64,000 nucleotides of DNA, taken from NCBI GenBank assembly GCA_963845245.1, contig CAWJRJ010000020.1:96001-160000 (forward strand), written 5' to 3'. The position numbers and the translations under genes are program-made. Source of the DNA: Nitrospirota bacterium. GTDB lineage: Bacteria > Nitrospirota > JACRHJ01. The notes under the pieces are model-generated. The model was not told where the DNA came from and did not search any database. It was given only the letters and a program-made list of their open reading frames with translations. Positions 32,426 to 41,654 of the stretch are shown piece after piece. Numbering within the stretch: the stretch's first letter is position 1; every line of letters begins with the position of its first letter.

Positions 32426-33004
32426 TTATTTGCTGAGCTTTCTCACAAATTCAGAGATTTTCTCTCCGAGGTCCTGAGCTTCGTGCAATACCAGCTCCCA
32501 TTTTTCCCCGTTGCCAAGGCCGGAACCGTTCTCATGCTCGAACGTCGCCAGTTCTGCACCGGTCTTTGCGTCGACGAGCCTGCCTTCAACGGAGAGACCA
32601 GCCTGACCTGCGCCCATGCCCCACATCATCCTGCCGACGGCGCTGCCAAGGTTGATCTTCGTGATTTTGCCTTCTATAATCATGTCGGCCTTACCCTTGC
32701 TGTCCTCGTCGAGGATAACAGCCTTTATGTCATGGTCCTCGAGGTCGTTCTTTATTGTCTTTGCGAGCTTCTCCTGGCACTCCTTCTGGAATCTCTTCAT
32801 CTTTCTCATCTCTTCGTCGTCAACGTTGTCATAGTCGACCTTGTCAAGAGAGAACGGCCTGATCCCGATGGTCTTGTACTTGGAGAGGCTCTCGTCGGTC
32901 ATTATCTTTTCCTTGTCGAGCACATCTGGGGCTTTAAGCTTCGCCATTGAAACGCCTGGTAATGTGAGCATGGCAACCATCAAAAACATAAGTACTTTCT
33001 TCAT
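32426..33004 (-). CDS. Exported protein, DUF4410-like
   Basis: Signal peptide MKKVLMFLMVAMLTLPGVSMA after an AAGGAG RBS; IIEGKIT..INLGS..GRMMWGMGAGQA..VEGRLVDAKTG. Confidence 0.65.
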   Translation of the reverse strand: MKKVLMFLMVAMLTLPGVSMAKLKAPDVLDKEKIMTDESLSKYKTIGIRPFSLDKVDYDNVDDEEMRKMKRFQKECQEKLAKTIKNDLEDHDIKAVILDEDSKGKADMIIEGKITKINLGSAVGRMMWGMGAGQAGLSVEGRLVDAKTGAELATFEHENGSGLGNGEKWELVLHEAQDLGEKISEFVRKLSK

Positions 33005-33073
33005 GATATTTCTCCTTTTCATTATTATAATTTGTGGTCCCCTGTTACTATAAAAACCAGCACCTCCTTTCCG

Positions 33074-34447
33074 TTATCGAGTTGAAATATATTTCAAGGC
33101 AGCCTTTGCACAAATCCTGCCGGATTCGACTGCGGATACAGAGCATCCTCCGTTCGGAAGGACAGTGGACCCGGCGCAATATAGCCCTTTGACCGGCATT
33201 TCAGGCCCGAACTTCTCATAATTGACACTTTCAGCTATAGGCGAAACCATACTGGCAAACCCGAAGTTCTCAACATAGTCCCTGTGTGTGTACACCTTTT
33301 TCTCGACTATGCCGGAATAAAAACCTGGGACTACCGCATCCATACCACTAAGGACCTTCTCGGCCTCAGCCTCGATAACGGCTCGTTCGGCGCCGTCCTT
33401 TGGTAACAGGAACTTCACCGTCCCGGCCAGGTGTTCCGTCCCGGGATCTATTACCGCATCCGGACAGGAAAATATTGCCATGGACTCGTCCGGAAAACGG
33501 CCTTCCTTCAGCGACCTGAACATGCCCCTCATGTCTTTAGTAAACTTTGCGTAGACATGCGTACCCTTTTTAATCCCGACGTTCCTGTTGAAGACCGTGA
33601 ACACGCTGGCCATGGCCATACCTTCTTTATAATATCCAAGCGTATTAAGGAAACCCTGCGGAAAATGTTCTTTCCCGGCAAGGGAGTGTACTGTAGTATT
33701 AATGCCGACGCCGCTAATGACAACAGAAGCGTCTATAGCTCTGCCGTTGAGCAAAACGCCTTTTGCCATCCCGCTTTCGATTAAAATCTTTTGCGGCGAT
33801 GCATTGTAGACGATTCCTCCGCCATTTTCACGAATTATATTAGCGAGTACCTCTGGTATTCGGCTTGAGCCGCCCTCTGGATAAAATGGTTTGTCGTAGC
33901 CGTACGTGGATCCGAATATCAGGTTGAACCAGTATGCGGGCATGTTTTCCGGCTCGTTGCCGGAGAAGAACGCCCCGATGTTGAGTATCTCCCTGAGGTC
34001 TTTGTTTTTTGTAATGAAGTTTGCCAGTTCGTAGTTGTTTGAATATTTCCTGTACGATTTAAGTTTCAGGCGCCGGATCATGCGATATCCGAACCCTGCA
34101 ACCTCTCCCATTGACATCCCTATACACTTAAGTTCTTTCAAGGTATGAAGCCCCGGCGGAGTTGACATGGTTTTCCCGCCGATCTCAGACAATATATTAA
34201 ACTTTACCGGCTTAACTTCTTTGGCCCGGCCAAGCTCCCGGAACGTCTTCAGGAGTTTCCTGCCAAAAAAATCAGCCCCTATGTCAAAACTGTGCCCCAT
34301 AAGCTGGACTGTCCTGCAACGTCCTCCGACCTGTCCTGTCTTCTCAAGCACAAGCACCCTTTTGCCGGCTTTTGCCAGAAACGCGCCCGTCGAAAGTCCT
34401 CCAAGCCCTGCACCAACTATTATAGCGTCGTACTTTATCTCAGACAT
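33074..34447 (-). CDS. Phytoene desaturase (CrtI)-like FAD oxidoreductase
   Basis: YDAIIVGAGLGGL, EK..GGRC, FDIGA, YPEGG, PVKGLYCAG...GGC..AVESG. Confidence 0.8.
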   Translation of the reverse strand: MSEIKYDAIIVGAGLGGLSTGAFLAKAGKRVLVLEKTGQVGGRCRTVQLMGHSFDIGADFFGRKLLKTFRELGRAKEVKPVKFNILSEIGGKTMSTPPGLHTLKELKCIGMSMGEVAGFGYRMIRRLKLKSYRKYSNNYELANFITKNKDLREILNIGAFFSGNEPENMPAYWFNLIFGSTYGYDKPFYPEGGSSRIPEVLANIIRENGGGIVYNASPQKILIESGMAKGVLLNGRAIDASVVISGVGINTTVHSLAGKEHFPQGFLNTLGYYKEGMAMASVFTVFNRNVGIKKGTHVYAKFTKDMRGMFRSLKEGRFPDESMAIFSCPDAVIDPGTEHLAGTVKFLLPKDGAERAVIEAEAEKVLSGMDAVVPGFYSGIVEKKVYTHRDYVENFGFASMVSPIAESVNYEKFGPEMPVKGLYCAGSTVLPNGGCSVSAVESGRICAKAALKYISTR

Positions 34448-35646
34448 TTCCAGACATCCCCTTTATGGCGTCAGTAACCTTCCGTGCCGTATATACGCAA
34501 GACTCTATGCACGGAAGCCGATAAAAATCGCCAACAAGGAACGCGCCTGGTATCTCGGTCTCTATGCCCCTCTCTGCGCTGCCGGGCGGAATCAAGGTAA
34601 TGGCGGGAGACCAGCCGACCTTCGGCAGTTCCTTGTAATCTCCGAAGACGGCCTTAATGTCACCGTCCGGCCTGTAAAGGAACATGCCCGCTATCGTACG
34701 CCCGTCAGGCAGGTGCTTCATCTCACCGCCATGCACACCATGAGTATTTTTATGTTTTGCAAAAAGCAGGATGTCGTATTTCTTGTACTGCGGGCACCTT
34801 GTCTCGATTATCACTCCCCTTGTTTTTGTGGAGAGCACGTCCGCGTTTATCTCCGGGACTATCTTTTTAAGGCTCTCCTGTCCTGTCGCAAAAACGGCGA
34901 ATGACGCGCTTTCGTTCACTGTATGCCCGTCTTGCTCAAGGTGCGATGTCGAATCGTCCGTCTGCAAGCTTCCTCACCCGCGTCACCTTCGAGCCTGTCC
35001 TTATCACTCCAGGAAGCCTCTTCTCAAGTTCGCGTGCGACCTCAGCCATGCCTTTCTCCGGTACTCTGACGGGCGTGCCGCCATAGGCCAGAAGAAAAAG
35101 CCCGTGGTCTGCTGCAATGTACTCCGGGTCGATGTATCCGAAGCTCGAGAACGGCTGCACGATGTAGTCTATCATCTTCTGCGAGTAGCCCATCTCTTTA
35201 ACGCAGAACTCATGGAGCGACATCCCGTGCATGGCTTGAAGCCTCGGGTCCCAGCTCTCGAGCCTGAAGTCGAGTTTGTGGATCAGTCTGTTCAGCTTCC
35301 GCCACTGTAAATATTCCCTCAGGCTGAAAAGACCGCTCTTGAACATCGACCAATTGTCGAGGCCGGTTATCTTGTCACCCACTATCAGCGCAAATTTCTT
35401 CAACTCTATATGTTCGTGCTTCACGCCAAGCTCGTTGATCAAGGCGCTGAAATGCGGGTTGAGCTTGGGCGCAAACATCATAGCGCCCTTGTTGATATAA
35501 ACACCATCGTACTCCAAAGTAGCGAACCTGCCGCCTGCCTCAGGCCGCTTCTCATAGATTACAGGCTCAAAACCTTCCTTCTTAAGGAAATATGCAGTGG
35601 ACAGCCCCGCAATACCACCACCAAAGATTGCAACCCTTTTATCCAA
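34440..35646 (-). CDS. FAD-dependent oxidoreductase (HemY/amine-oxidase-like), frameshift near 34935
   Basis: VAIFGGGIAGL, EKRPEAGGR; C-part GAFLVGDFY...IESCV. Confidence 0.7.
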
Positions 35647-35700
35647 AACCAGAACCCTCCGTTACTTTCTTAAAAAAAAGAAAGTAACCAAAGAAAACCA

Positions 35701-36609
35701 TTAAGCTAAAATACTCTCTAGGTTTGCACCTAGAATCCTTGAGCCGCAGGAACACCCCAGCTTTAAATCCCTTACGGCCTGGATCGAACCTGCGATATCC
35801 CTGTTCGCGGGGAAGTCGCTGCCCCAAAGCAGATGATCTTCCCCGAAAACCTCTATAGCAAGCCTGAGTAGCGAAGCACTGGTCACGCCGGAAGTATCCA
35901 CGTGCATCTTCTGTAATGTATTGCCAGGCTCCTCGCCCATATCTTTTACAATGCCGCGTCCAAGCAGCATATTATACGTCCTGTCGAACCTGCCCGCAAG
36001 AAACGGCATCACACCACCAAAGCTGGCAAAAACCAGTTTCAGATGCGGGAACATCTTTAGAAGTCCGCAGTCGATAACCTTAGCCATGCATATCGCTGTA
36101 TCGAACGAGTATTGAAACACCGGGGTTATCAATGGGTGCCTCAGTTCTTTATGCCCAAATGGCGTAAGTGTGGTCGGGTGGAAGAATATTGGCATCCCGG
36201 CCGCCTCGGCCTTTTCGAAGAACGGAAGGAACTTTTTGTCGTCCGGGTATATGCCGCTGCCGTTCGTGGGCATGGTCAGGCCGGATGCGCCTTTAAGTTT
36301 GGCGTTTTCCAGTTCAGCAGCCATCTCCACAGGTTCCGTAAGCGGAATTGCTGCAAGCCAAGCCAACCTGCCGTATGACTCAGTCACTATCATACTAACG
36401 GCTTCATTGTATTCTCTCGCCGCCTCGATCTCGGATATGCCTGTCTTAAGGTGATAGTCCGTCGTCGGGTATGACACCAGTGCCCTGCCTACACCTGCTT
36501 CATCCATGCGAAGCAGATGCCCCTCAAGCCCGCCCCAGCTCTCGTTATAAAAAGAGGCGTTCCTGTAGACTTCTTGAGGTAACAAGTGAAAATGTGCATC
36601 AAAAAGCAT
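35701..36609 (-). CDS. Amidohydrolase_2 family protein (ACMSD/aromatic-acid decarboxylase-like)
   Basis: DAHFH (HxH), PIFFHP, FPHLKLV, GGVMPF..GRFD, VDTS, WGSDFP. Confidence 0.8.
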   Translation of the reverse strand: MLFDAHFHLLPQEVYRNASFYNESWGGLEGHLLRMDEAGVGRALVSYPTTDYHLKTGISEIEAAREYNEAVSMIVTESYGRLAWLAAIPLTEPVEMAAELENAKLKGASGLTMPTNGSGIYPDDKKFLPFFEKAEAAGMPIFFHPTTLTPFGHKELRHPLITPVFQYSFDTAICMAKVIDCGLLKMFPHLKLVFASFGGVMPFLAGRFDRTYNMLLGRGIVKDMGEEPGNTLQKMHVDTSGVTSASLLRLAIEVFGEDHLLWGSDFPANRDIAGSIQAVRDLKLGCSCGSRILGANLESILA

Positions 36610-36706
36610 AATAGGCTTTCTTTTGTACCGCCCCGCGCTAACCTCGGAAACTACCTCGGTAAGCGGTGGGGGCCCCCCTTTCTTTCACCCGAAAGAAAAG
36701 AATGAT

Positions 36707-37432
36707 TTAATATCTTAGAACTTCTTTAATCGTCTGGAACAACTCGGAGTTCCATACATCGAACACCTGCGTCCCTACAGCCCTTGCCATCGCGATTGCT
36801 GACTGGTTCTCCTCGTAGCCCGGCATCGGCTTGTCCAGAAGCGACTTGAAGCCGGGATGGTCCATACTGAATTTTTTCCCTACCATGCAGAGGTTCCTCA
36901 TCTCAGGTTCCATCAGGGCAATGCCCGCGCATGCGACCGATGTAGCCGTCATGGCTTTCAGGTAATGGAAAAGCCCGTACAGCGTGCCCTCCATCCCGAG
37001 CGCCGCACCTACAGCAAGGTTCCCAACGGGCGCGCCCTTGAAAGGGTTCTTAGGATATGCGGTAACGGTTGTGCCCCATATCTCGGAGCGCTCCTGCTCG
37101 TGAAGAGGCCTGGTGCGGTGCAGCAGGTTCATCACTATCGCAGGCTGCTGGTATGCGTATACCGGCGAAGAAAAGATGAACGCGTCCGATTCGGACATCT
37201 TGTCGAAGATCATCTTTCCGTCGTCTTTTTTGTCTTCGAGCAGAGGACAGGTTTCGCCGCACAGGCAGCGGTTGCAGGCAAGGCAAGGCTTGACTTCGTA
37301 ATTGATGAGCCGTATCACCTCGGTCTCTGCGCCTTTTTCCTGGGCTGCCTCAAGGGCCTGTCTCAGGAACCAGTCGCTTGCCGATTTCTGCTGTCCCCTT
37401 TTGTGCGTGCCGCATATGCCAAGGATCTTCAT
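36707..37432 (-). CDS. Iron-sulfur flavoprotein / NADPH-dependent FMN reductase family
   Basis: MKILGICGT, compact CLACNRCLCGETC motif (Cx2Cx2Cx5C), SSPVY. Confidence 0.8.
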   Translation of the reverse strand: MKILGICGTHKRGQQKSASDWFLRQALEAAQEKGAETEVIRLINYEVKPCLACNRCLCGETCPLLEDKKDDGKMIFDKMSESDAFIFSSPVYAYQQPAIVMNLLHRTRPLHEQERSEIWGTTVTAYPKNPFKGAPVGNLAVGAALGMEGTLYGLFHYLKAMTATSVACAGIALMEPEMRNLCMVGKKFSMDHPGFKSLLDKPMPGYEENQSAIAMARAVGTQVFDVWNSELFQTIKEVLRY

Positions 37433-37864
37433 ACTTTCCCACCTTCTATTATCTCTTTTATCCTCTGCATGTTCTTCTTCGAATGTTCGTTTATCCTCTG
37501 CTCAGCCGTCGCATTGTCGACAGCGGCCTTATCGTCCATCTCAAAGTCCTGCTCCCATGTCATATCAACGCCGCCGTCTTTCTCAGCGTATGTCCAGAGC
37601 AGGTTCATATACTTGAACGGGAACATGGGCTCTTCCCTGCTTGCGGTGCATTTGTAGCCAGCCTTGTCAAGCATGCCTGCTTGAGCGCCAGGACTTGCCT
37701 TCCTTGTTGGTAAGCTGGAAGGTTATCTTATCACCCTCGCGGGCAAGCATCTTTGCTTCCGTATACTCGTCGAAAAGCTCAGGCCAGCGTTCGATGTCGT
37801 TCGTTATGTCAAAGACGCGACCATAATCAGCCTTTATAAAAACGGTATTCTTCGTATGCGCCAT
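37429..37864 (-). CDS. Polyketide aromatase/cyclase, TcmN/WhiE-ORFVI type (SRPBCC), frameshift near 37670
   Basis: HTKNTV...TNDIERWPELFDEY...ITFQLT...SW.S.R plus PFKYMNLLWTY...MTWEQDFEM...IN..S..NM..IK, matching the WhiE/TcmN monodomain pattern over its length. Confidence 0.88.
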
Positions 37865-37874
37865 GAATACCCTC

Positions 37875-38642
37875 CTAATCCTCGAATATGGCTACGGCAC
37901 GCGACCAGCCTGCACCCGCAGCCTTTATTTTTACCGGAAAGCTTGCGAACTTGAAACCGTACGGACTCGGAAGAGAACCAAGGTTTGCAAGCCTTTCTAT
38001 GTGACAGTACTCCTTCCTGCGTCCCAGCAGGTGTGCTGGCCAGAGTTTAGCGGTATCCTTCGTCCCGATGTAATCTTCAACCATATTCGCAAAAGGTCTG
38101 TCAAGGCCCAATGCGTCGATGCCTATCGTCTTCACGCCCATATCCAGCAGTGCGTCAAGCGCTTTCACGCCGAGGCCAGGGAAGTTCGTAAAGTATTCCC
38201 TGGTTCCGAAATATCTGTCAGCTCCGGTCATGAGCAGGACTATGTCGCCGGGCTTTACCGCATATTCTAAACTCGCGAGGCTCGCATCTATGTCTTCGGG
38301 CGTTATCTCTCCACCGTGCATTACATGTGTTACGTCAAGTACGACCCCATTGCCGTAGAACCAGTCAAGGGGGACATCGTCAATAGTTATTGCCGGCTTT
38401 CCCTCGGAGACAGGCCCGAAATGAAATGGAGCATCAACGTGCGTCCCGCAATGCACCGACGCCGTGACCGTCTCGTGCGACAAGAACATAGAGTCAGGAA
38501 AGCTGTCCCTGTCAAGTTTGCCTTCGAACTTCAGCCCCACGCGCCCAGCGCCTTCCGCATGTCCTATGCGTTCGATTTTCACCGGAAACGGTTCTGGGGC
38601 TTCATCGTCGATCGGGAGGCTGAGGTCGTATATCCTTGTCAC
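37875..38642 (-). CDS. Cyclase-family polyketide cyclase (kynurenine formamidase-like fold)
   Basis: HCGTHVDAPFHF (HxGTHxDxPxH), GDIVLL.TG, IGIDA, HIERLANL, FPVKI; overlaps the ACP gene. Confidence 0.85.
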   Translation of the reverse strand: MTRIYDLSLPIDDEAPEPFPVKIERIGHAEGAGRVGLKFEGKLDRDSFPDSMFLSHETVTASVHCGTHVDAPFHFGPVSEGKPAITIDDVPLDWFYGNGVVLDVTHVMHGGEITPEDIDASLASLEYAVKPGDIVLLMTGADRYFGTREYFTNFPGLGVKALDALLDMGVKTIGIDALGLDRPFANMVEDYIGTKDTAKLWPAHLLGRRKEYCHIERLANLGSLPSPYGFKFASFPVKIKAAGAGWSRAVAIFED

Positions 38643-38878
38643 TGGGTTATAGTCCTGCTGGTGAAATAATGTATGATTTCATTTACTGTGCTGTCGCCGC
38701 GGATGACACCGTCCGGTACCTTAAGGCCAAACTCCTTCTCAAGGGCCACCATTAATTCTACAAGTTCGGTGGAATCTATACCGAGGTCCTGCTTCAACGC
38801 AGCAGCCGGTGTTACCTCTGATGGCTCAAGCCCTATTCCGTCGACAAATACCCTGCTTACGCGTTCTTCAACGGACAT
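38639..38878 (-). CDS. Acyl carrier protein
   Basis: 79 aa, acidic, LGIDSTELVEL phosphopantetheine Ser motif. Confidence 0.92.
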   Translation of the reverse strand: MSVEERVSRVFVDGIGLEPSEVTPAAALKQDLGIDSTELVELMVALEKEFGLKVPDGVIRGDSTVNEIIHYFTSRTITQ

Positions 38879-40127
38879 AACGTCCTCCTTTCGGTACGGC
38901 TATATCCTTGCCAAGAACCAGGCTGGCGTTCACTCCGCCTCGCCCGATGGAGTTTATAATAACGTTCTCGATTTTTCTGAATACCACTACTCCACAGTCC
39001 TTAGACCAGCTCCAGCCTGCATCAGGGTCGGCACACCCCATGGTAATAGGTGCCTCGCCCCGCTCTATAGCCAGACAGGCAATAGCGGCGTCTACAGCGC
39101 CTGAAGCTCCCAGCAGGTTTCCAAAAAGCGTTTTGGGCGCGCCAACCGACACCGAGGTGTTAAGACTTTCCCCGAATAGTTTTCCAATTGCCCTCGCCTC
39201 GCCTTCATCCGAGTTCATGCCCCCCGTCGCTGCAGGCAATATATACTGGATATCATCGAACTTGATGCCGGCTCCGTCGATGGCAGCCTTCATGGCGCGT
39301 GCTATGCCCTTCCCTTCCTGGTCGTGTCCGGTAGGGGATATGCCGTCGGATGTGTGGCCGAAGCCTGTAATCTCGGCATATATCCTGGCTCCACGTTTCT
39401 TGGCACGCTCCAGCTCTTCCACCATCAAAATAGCAGAGCCTTCGCCTATGACATACCCGTCCCTTGAACGGTCGAAAGGCTTATACTTGCCCGTCAGGCT
39501 GAGTTCTCCCGATGTGTTGCAGCAAAGAAGCGCATATGGCGACACCGGTGCCTCGGTGCCACCTGCAAGCACCATATCGGCCCTGTCGGATATTATTGCC
39601 CTGGCGGCATAGTTGATTGCAAGGTGCGAACTTGCAATGTCAGAAATGATGGTCTTGCCAAATCCCTTCAACCCGTAGTTGATTGATATCTGGCCCTGAG
39701 GTGCGGCCGGAAACCAGGCAGTCGCCTGATAAGGGCTTACCTCGCGTACGCCGAGGCGGTGCAGGTCCCGCAGTTCTTCTTCGGCAAAGGCCCACCCACC
39801 CAGTGCATTCCCCAGGATGACCCCGATACGCTCCTTGTCCTCAGACTCGATATCTATCCCGGAGTCGTTTATGGCATCTTCGGCAGCAAGGAGTGCCATA
39901 TGCGAGAAGCGGTCCAGCTTCTTTAGCATCCTCTTCGGGAAAGTATCATCAGCATCCAGGTATTCCACCATGCCCGCATGCCTTGAAGGATAAACAGACG
40001 CATCGAAGCGGTCTATCTCTTTCAGATAGGTTGTGCCTGATAGTATGTTCTCCATAAAATCATCAAGCATTCTACCTGACGGCGAGACGACCCCTATTCC
40101 GGTTATTACCGCTCTTCTATTGCTCAT
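38868..40127 (-). CDS. Type II PKS chain-length factor (KSbeta)
   Basis: KS fold lacking the catalytic Cys and both His residues (SDIASS; ILPAATG; KTLFGN), with the CLF hallmark VSPYQATAWF.AAPQGQISI. Confidence 0.88.
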   Translation of the reverse strand: MSNRRAVITGIGVVSPSGRMLDDFMENILSGTTYLKEIDRFDASVYPSRHAGMVEYLDADDTFPKRMLKKLDRFSHMALLAAEDAINDSGIDIESEDKERIGVILGNALGGWAFAEEELRDLHRLGVREVSPYQATAWFPAAPQGQISINYGLKGFGKTIISDIASSHLAINYAARAIISDRADMVLAGGTEAPVSPYALLCCNTSGELSLTGKYKPFDRSRDGYVIGEGSAILMVEELERAKKRGARIYAEITGFGHTSDGISPTGHDQEGKGIARAMKAAIDGAGIKFDDIQYILPAATGGMNSDEGEARAIGKLFGESLNTSVSVGAPKTLFGNLLGASGAVDAAIACLAIERGEAPITMGCADPDAGWSWSKDCGVVVFRKIENVIINSIGRGGVNASLVLGKDIAVPKGGRYVR

Positions 40128-40133
40128 CTCTTC

Positions 40134-41384
40134 CTAAATGCCTCTTAAAACCAGTGAGGAATGTATGCCCGAAAAACCGCTGCTGGTTTTTATCATAGTT
40201 GTTACCTTCTTCTCACGCGCTTCGTTCGGCACGTAGTCGAGGTCGCAATTCGGGTCCGGGGTCCTGTAATTTATCGTTGGGGGGACGACTCCCCTTTCGA
40301 GCACCATCGCGCCAAGGGCAAGCTCTATAGAGTTGGCGGCCGCAAGAGGATGGCCGATCATAGATTTTATTGAACTGACCGGGACATTGTATGCATGGTG
40401 CCCCAGCGCCGACTTTATAGCACTTGTCTCGAACACGTCGTTCTGTTCCGTTGAGCTGCCATGCGAGTTTATATAGTCGACGTCCTCAGGGGCCAACCTG
40501 GCCTGGCTCATGGCAAGCTTTATAGACCGTGCTAGCGCGTCGCCGTCTGGTGGCAGGTCGGTCATGTGAAACGCGTTAGAGGTGGAGCCGAAGCCGCATA
40601 TTTCGGCGTAGATGTTAGCACCGCGTTTTTTTGCATGTTCGTATTCTTCGAGTACCAGTATCCCACAGCCTTCAGATAAGACGAACCCGTTCCTTGTGCG
40701 GTCGAAAGGGCGTGATGCAGACTCAGGCTCGTCGTTGTGCTTTGACAATGCCTTTATCACGTCGAATGCAGCCAGGGCGACCGGCGTGAGTGGCGCCTCT
40801 GACGCACCGGTTATCATGATGTCCGCAAGGCCGAGCTGAATACTCTCGTAACCGTATGCGACCGAATCCGTCCCTGCCGTGCAGCCGGTTGATATCACGC
40901 ATGCGCCACCCTGGAGTCCGAAGTCAGCGGCAATGAAATTGGATGGAGAATTGAATATGGATGCGTCGTAAAGGAACCTTGTCGCAAGCGATGGGTCGAT
41001 CGGTCCCTTTGCGTTGTCCGTAACGCGCAGGAACTCCTCCTCCATCCATTTCGTGCCGCATATCGCGTTGGCCATGGTTACGCCACAGCGTTCCGTATTA
41101 AGGTTTTTAAAGTCTATGCCGGAGTCTGATACCGCAAGCCTTGCGCCAGCGACGGCAAACTGGAGGTACCTGTCCATACCGGCAGCTTTATCGGTTGATA
41201 TGCCAAAATCCGACGGGTCGAACCCCTTCACCTCTGCGCCTACCTTTGAGATGAACTGGCTGGTGTCAAAGGACTCTATAAGAGCGGTCTGGGAGCGGCC
41301 TTCCACCATGGATTTCCAGAATGGTTCCTTGCCTATCCCGCCTGGAGCAATAATGCCCAGACCTGTGATTACTACCCGTCTCAA
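40134..41384 (-). CDS. Type II PKS ketosynthase alpha
   Basis: RRVVITGLG, ISTGCTAG active site (aromatic PKS type, versus FabF TACA), AFHMT, NSHGSST.QND..ET, IKSMIGH, CDLDYVPN, SGFSGIHS. Confidence 0.92.
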   Translation of the reverse strand: MRRVVITGLGIIAPGGIGKEPFWKSMVEGRSQTALIESFDTSQFISKVGAEVKGFDPSDFGISTDKAAGMDRYLQFAVAGARLAVSDSGIDFKNLNTERCGVTMANAICGTKWMEEEFLRVTDNAKGPIDPSLATRFLYDASIFNSPSNFIAADFGLQGGACVISTGCTAGTDSVAYGYESIQLGLADIMITGASEAPLTPVALAAFDVIKALSKHNDEPESASRPFDRTRNGFVLSEGCGILVLEEYEHAKKRGANIYAEICGFGSTSNAFHMTDLPPDGDALARSIKLAMSQARLAPEDVDYINSHGSSTEQNDVFETSAIKSALGHHAYNVPVSSIKSMIGHPLAAANSIELALGAMVLERGVVPPTINYRTPDPNCDLDYVPNEAREKKVTTMIKTSSGFSGIHSSLVLRGI

Positions 41385-41653
41385 CCCTCTACCCTCCGCG
41401 CCTTGAACCGGATATATCCACCGTCGGGGCAGGTCACGGTATTAATGGAATCCGGGTCCTCCATGAATGGGTACTTCGCCCCGAAGTTCAGCGCAAAGAG
41501 TACAGGGAAGAGCGTGTGGTACGCCGCGCCACAAAAACCGCCCGGCGTTTTAAGCCCGGTTACCTCAACTTCGTCACCCACCTTGTAGTTATAAAAACAC
41601 GGGCCTGTGACTTCTTCTACTGAAATAATCATTTTTTTAGGATTAGGTGCCAT
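41381..41653 (-). CDS. TIGR04076-like Cys-containing small protein
   Basis: C..YKVGD, PGGFCGAAYHTLFPVL, CPDGG..FK. Confidence 0.75.
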   Translation of the reverse strand: MAPNPKKMIISVEEVTGPCFYNYKVGDEVEVTGLKTPGGFCGAAYHTLFPVLFALNFGAKYPFMEDPDSINTVTCPDGGYIRFKARRVEG

Positions 41654-41654
41654 T

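Noticed and set aside
33023..33073. Perfect Shine-Dalgarno (AAAGGAGGTG, minus strand) suggesting a tiny ORF
   Set aside because: No ATG, GTG or TTG at a suitable spacing downstream, so no peptide can be supported.
37875..38642. Kynurenine formamidase / tryptophan catabolism, taken together with the ACMSD-like gene
   Set aside because: No kynA or kynU is present, and the gene overlaps the ACP and precedes the aromatase; the same fold serves as a polyketide cyclase.
38868..41384. Reading the two KS genes as ordinary fabF copies or an aryl-polyene synthase
   Set aside because: The STGCT active site, the CLF-specific AWF...GQISI motif, adjacent cyclases and the lack of FabG/FabZ-like genes fit an aromatic type II PKS.
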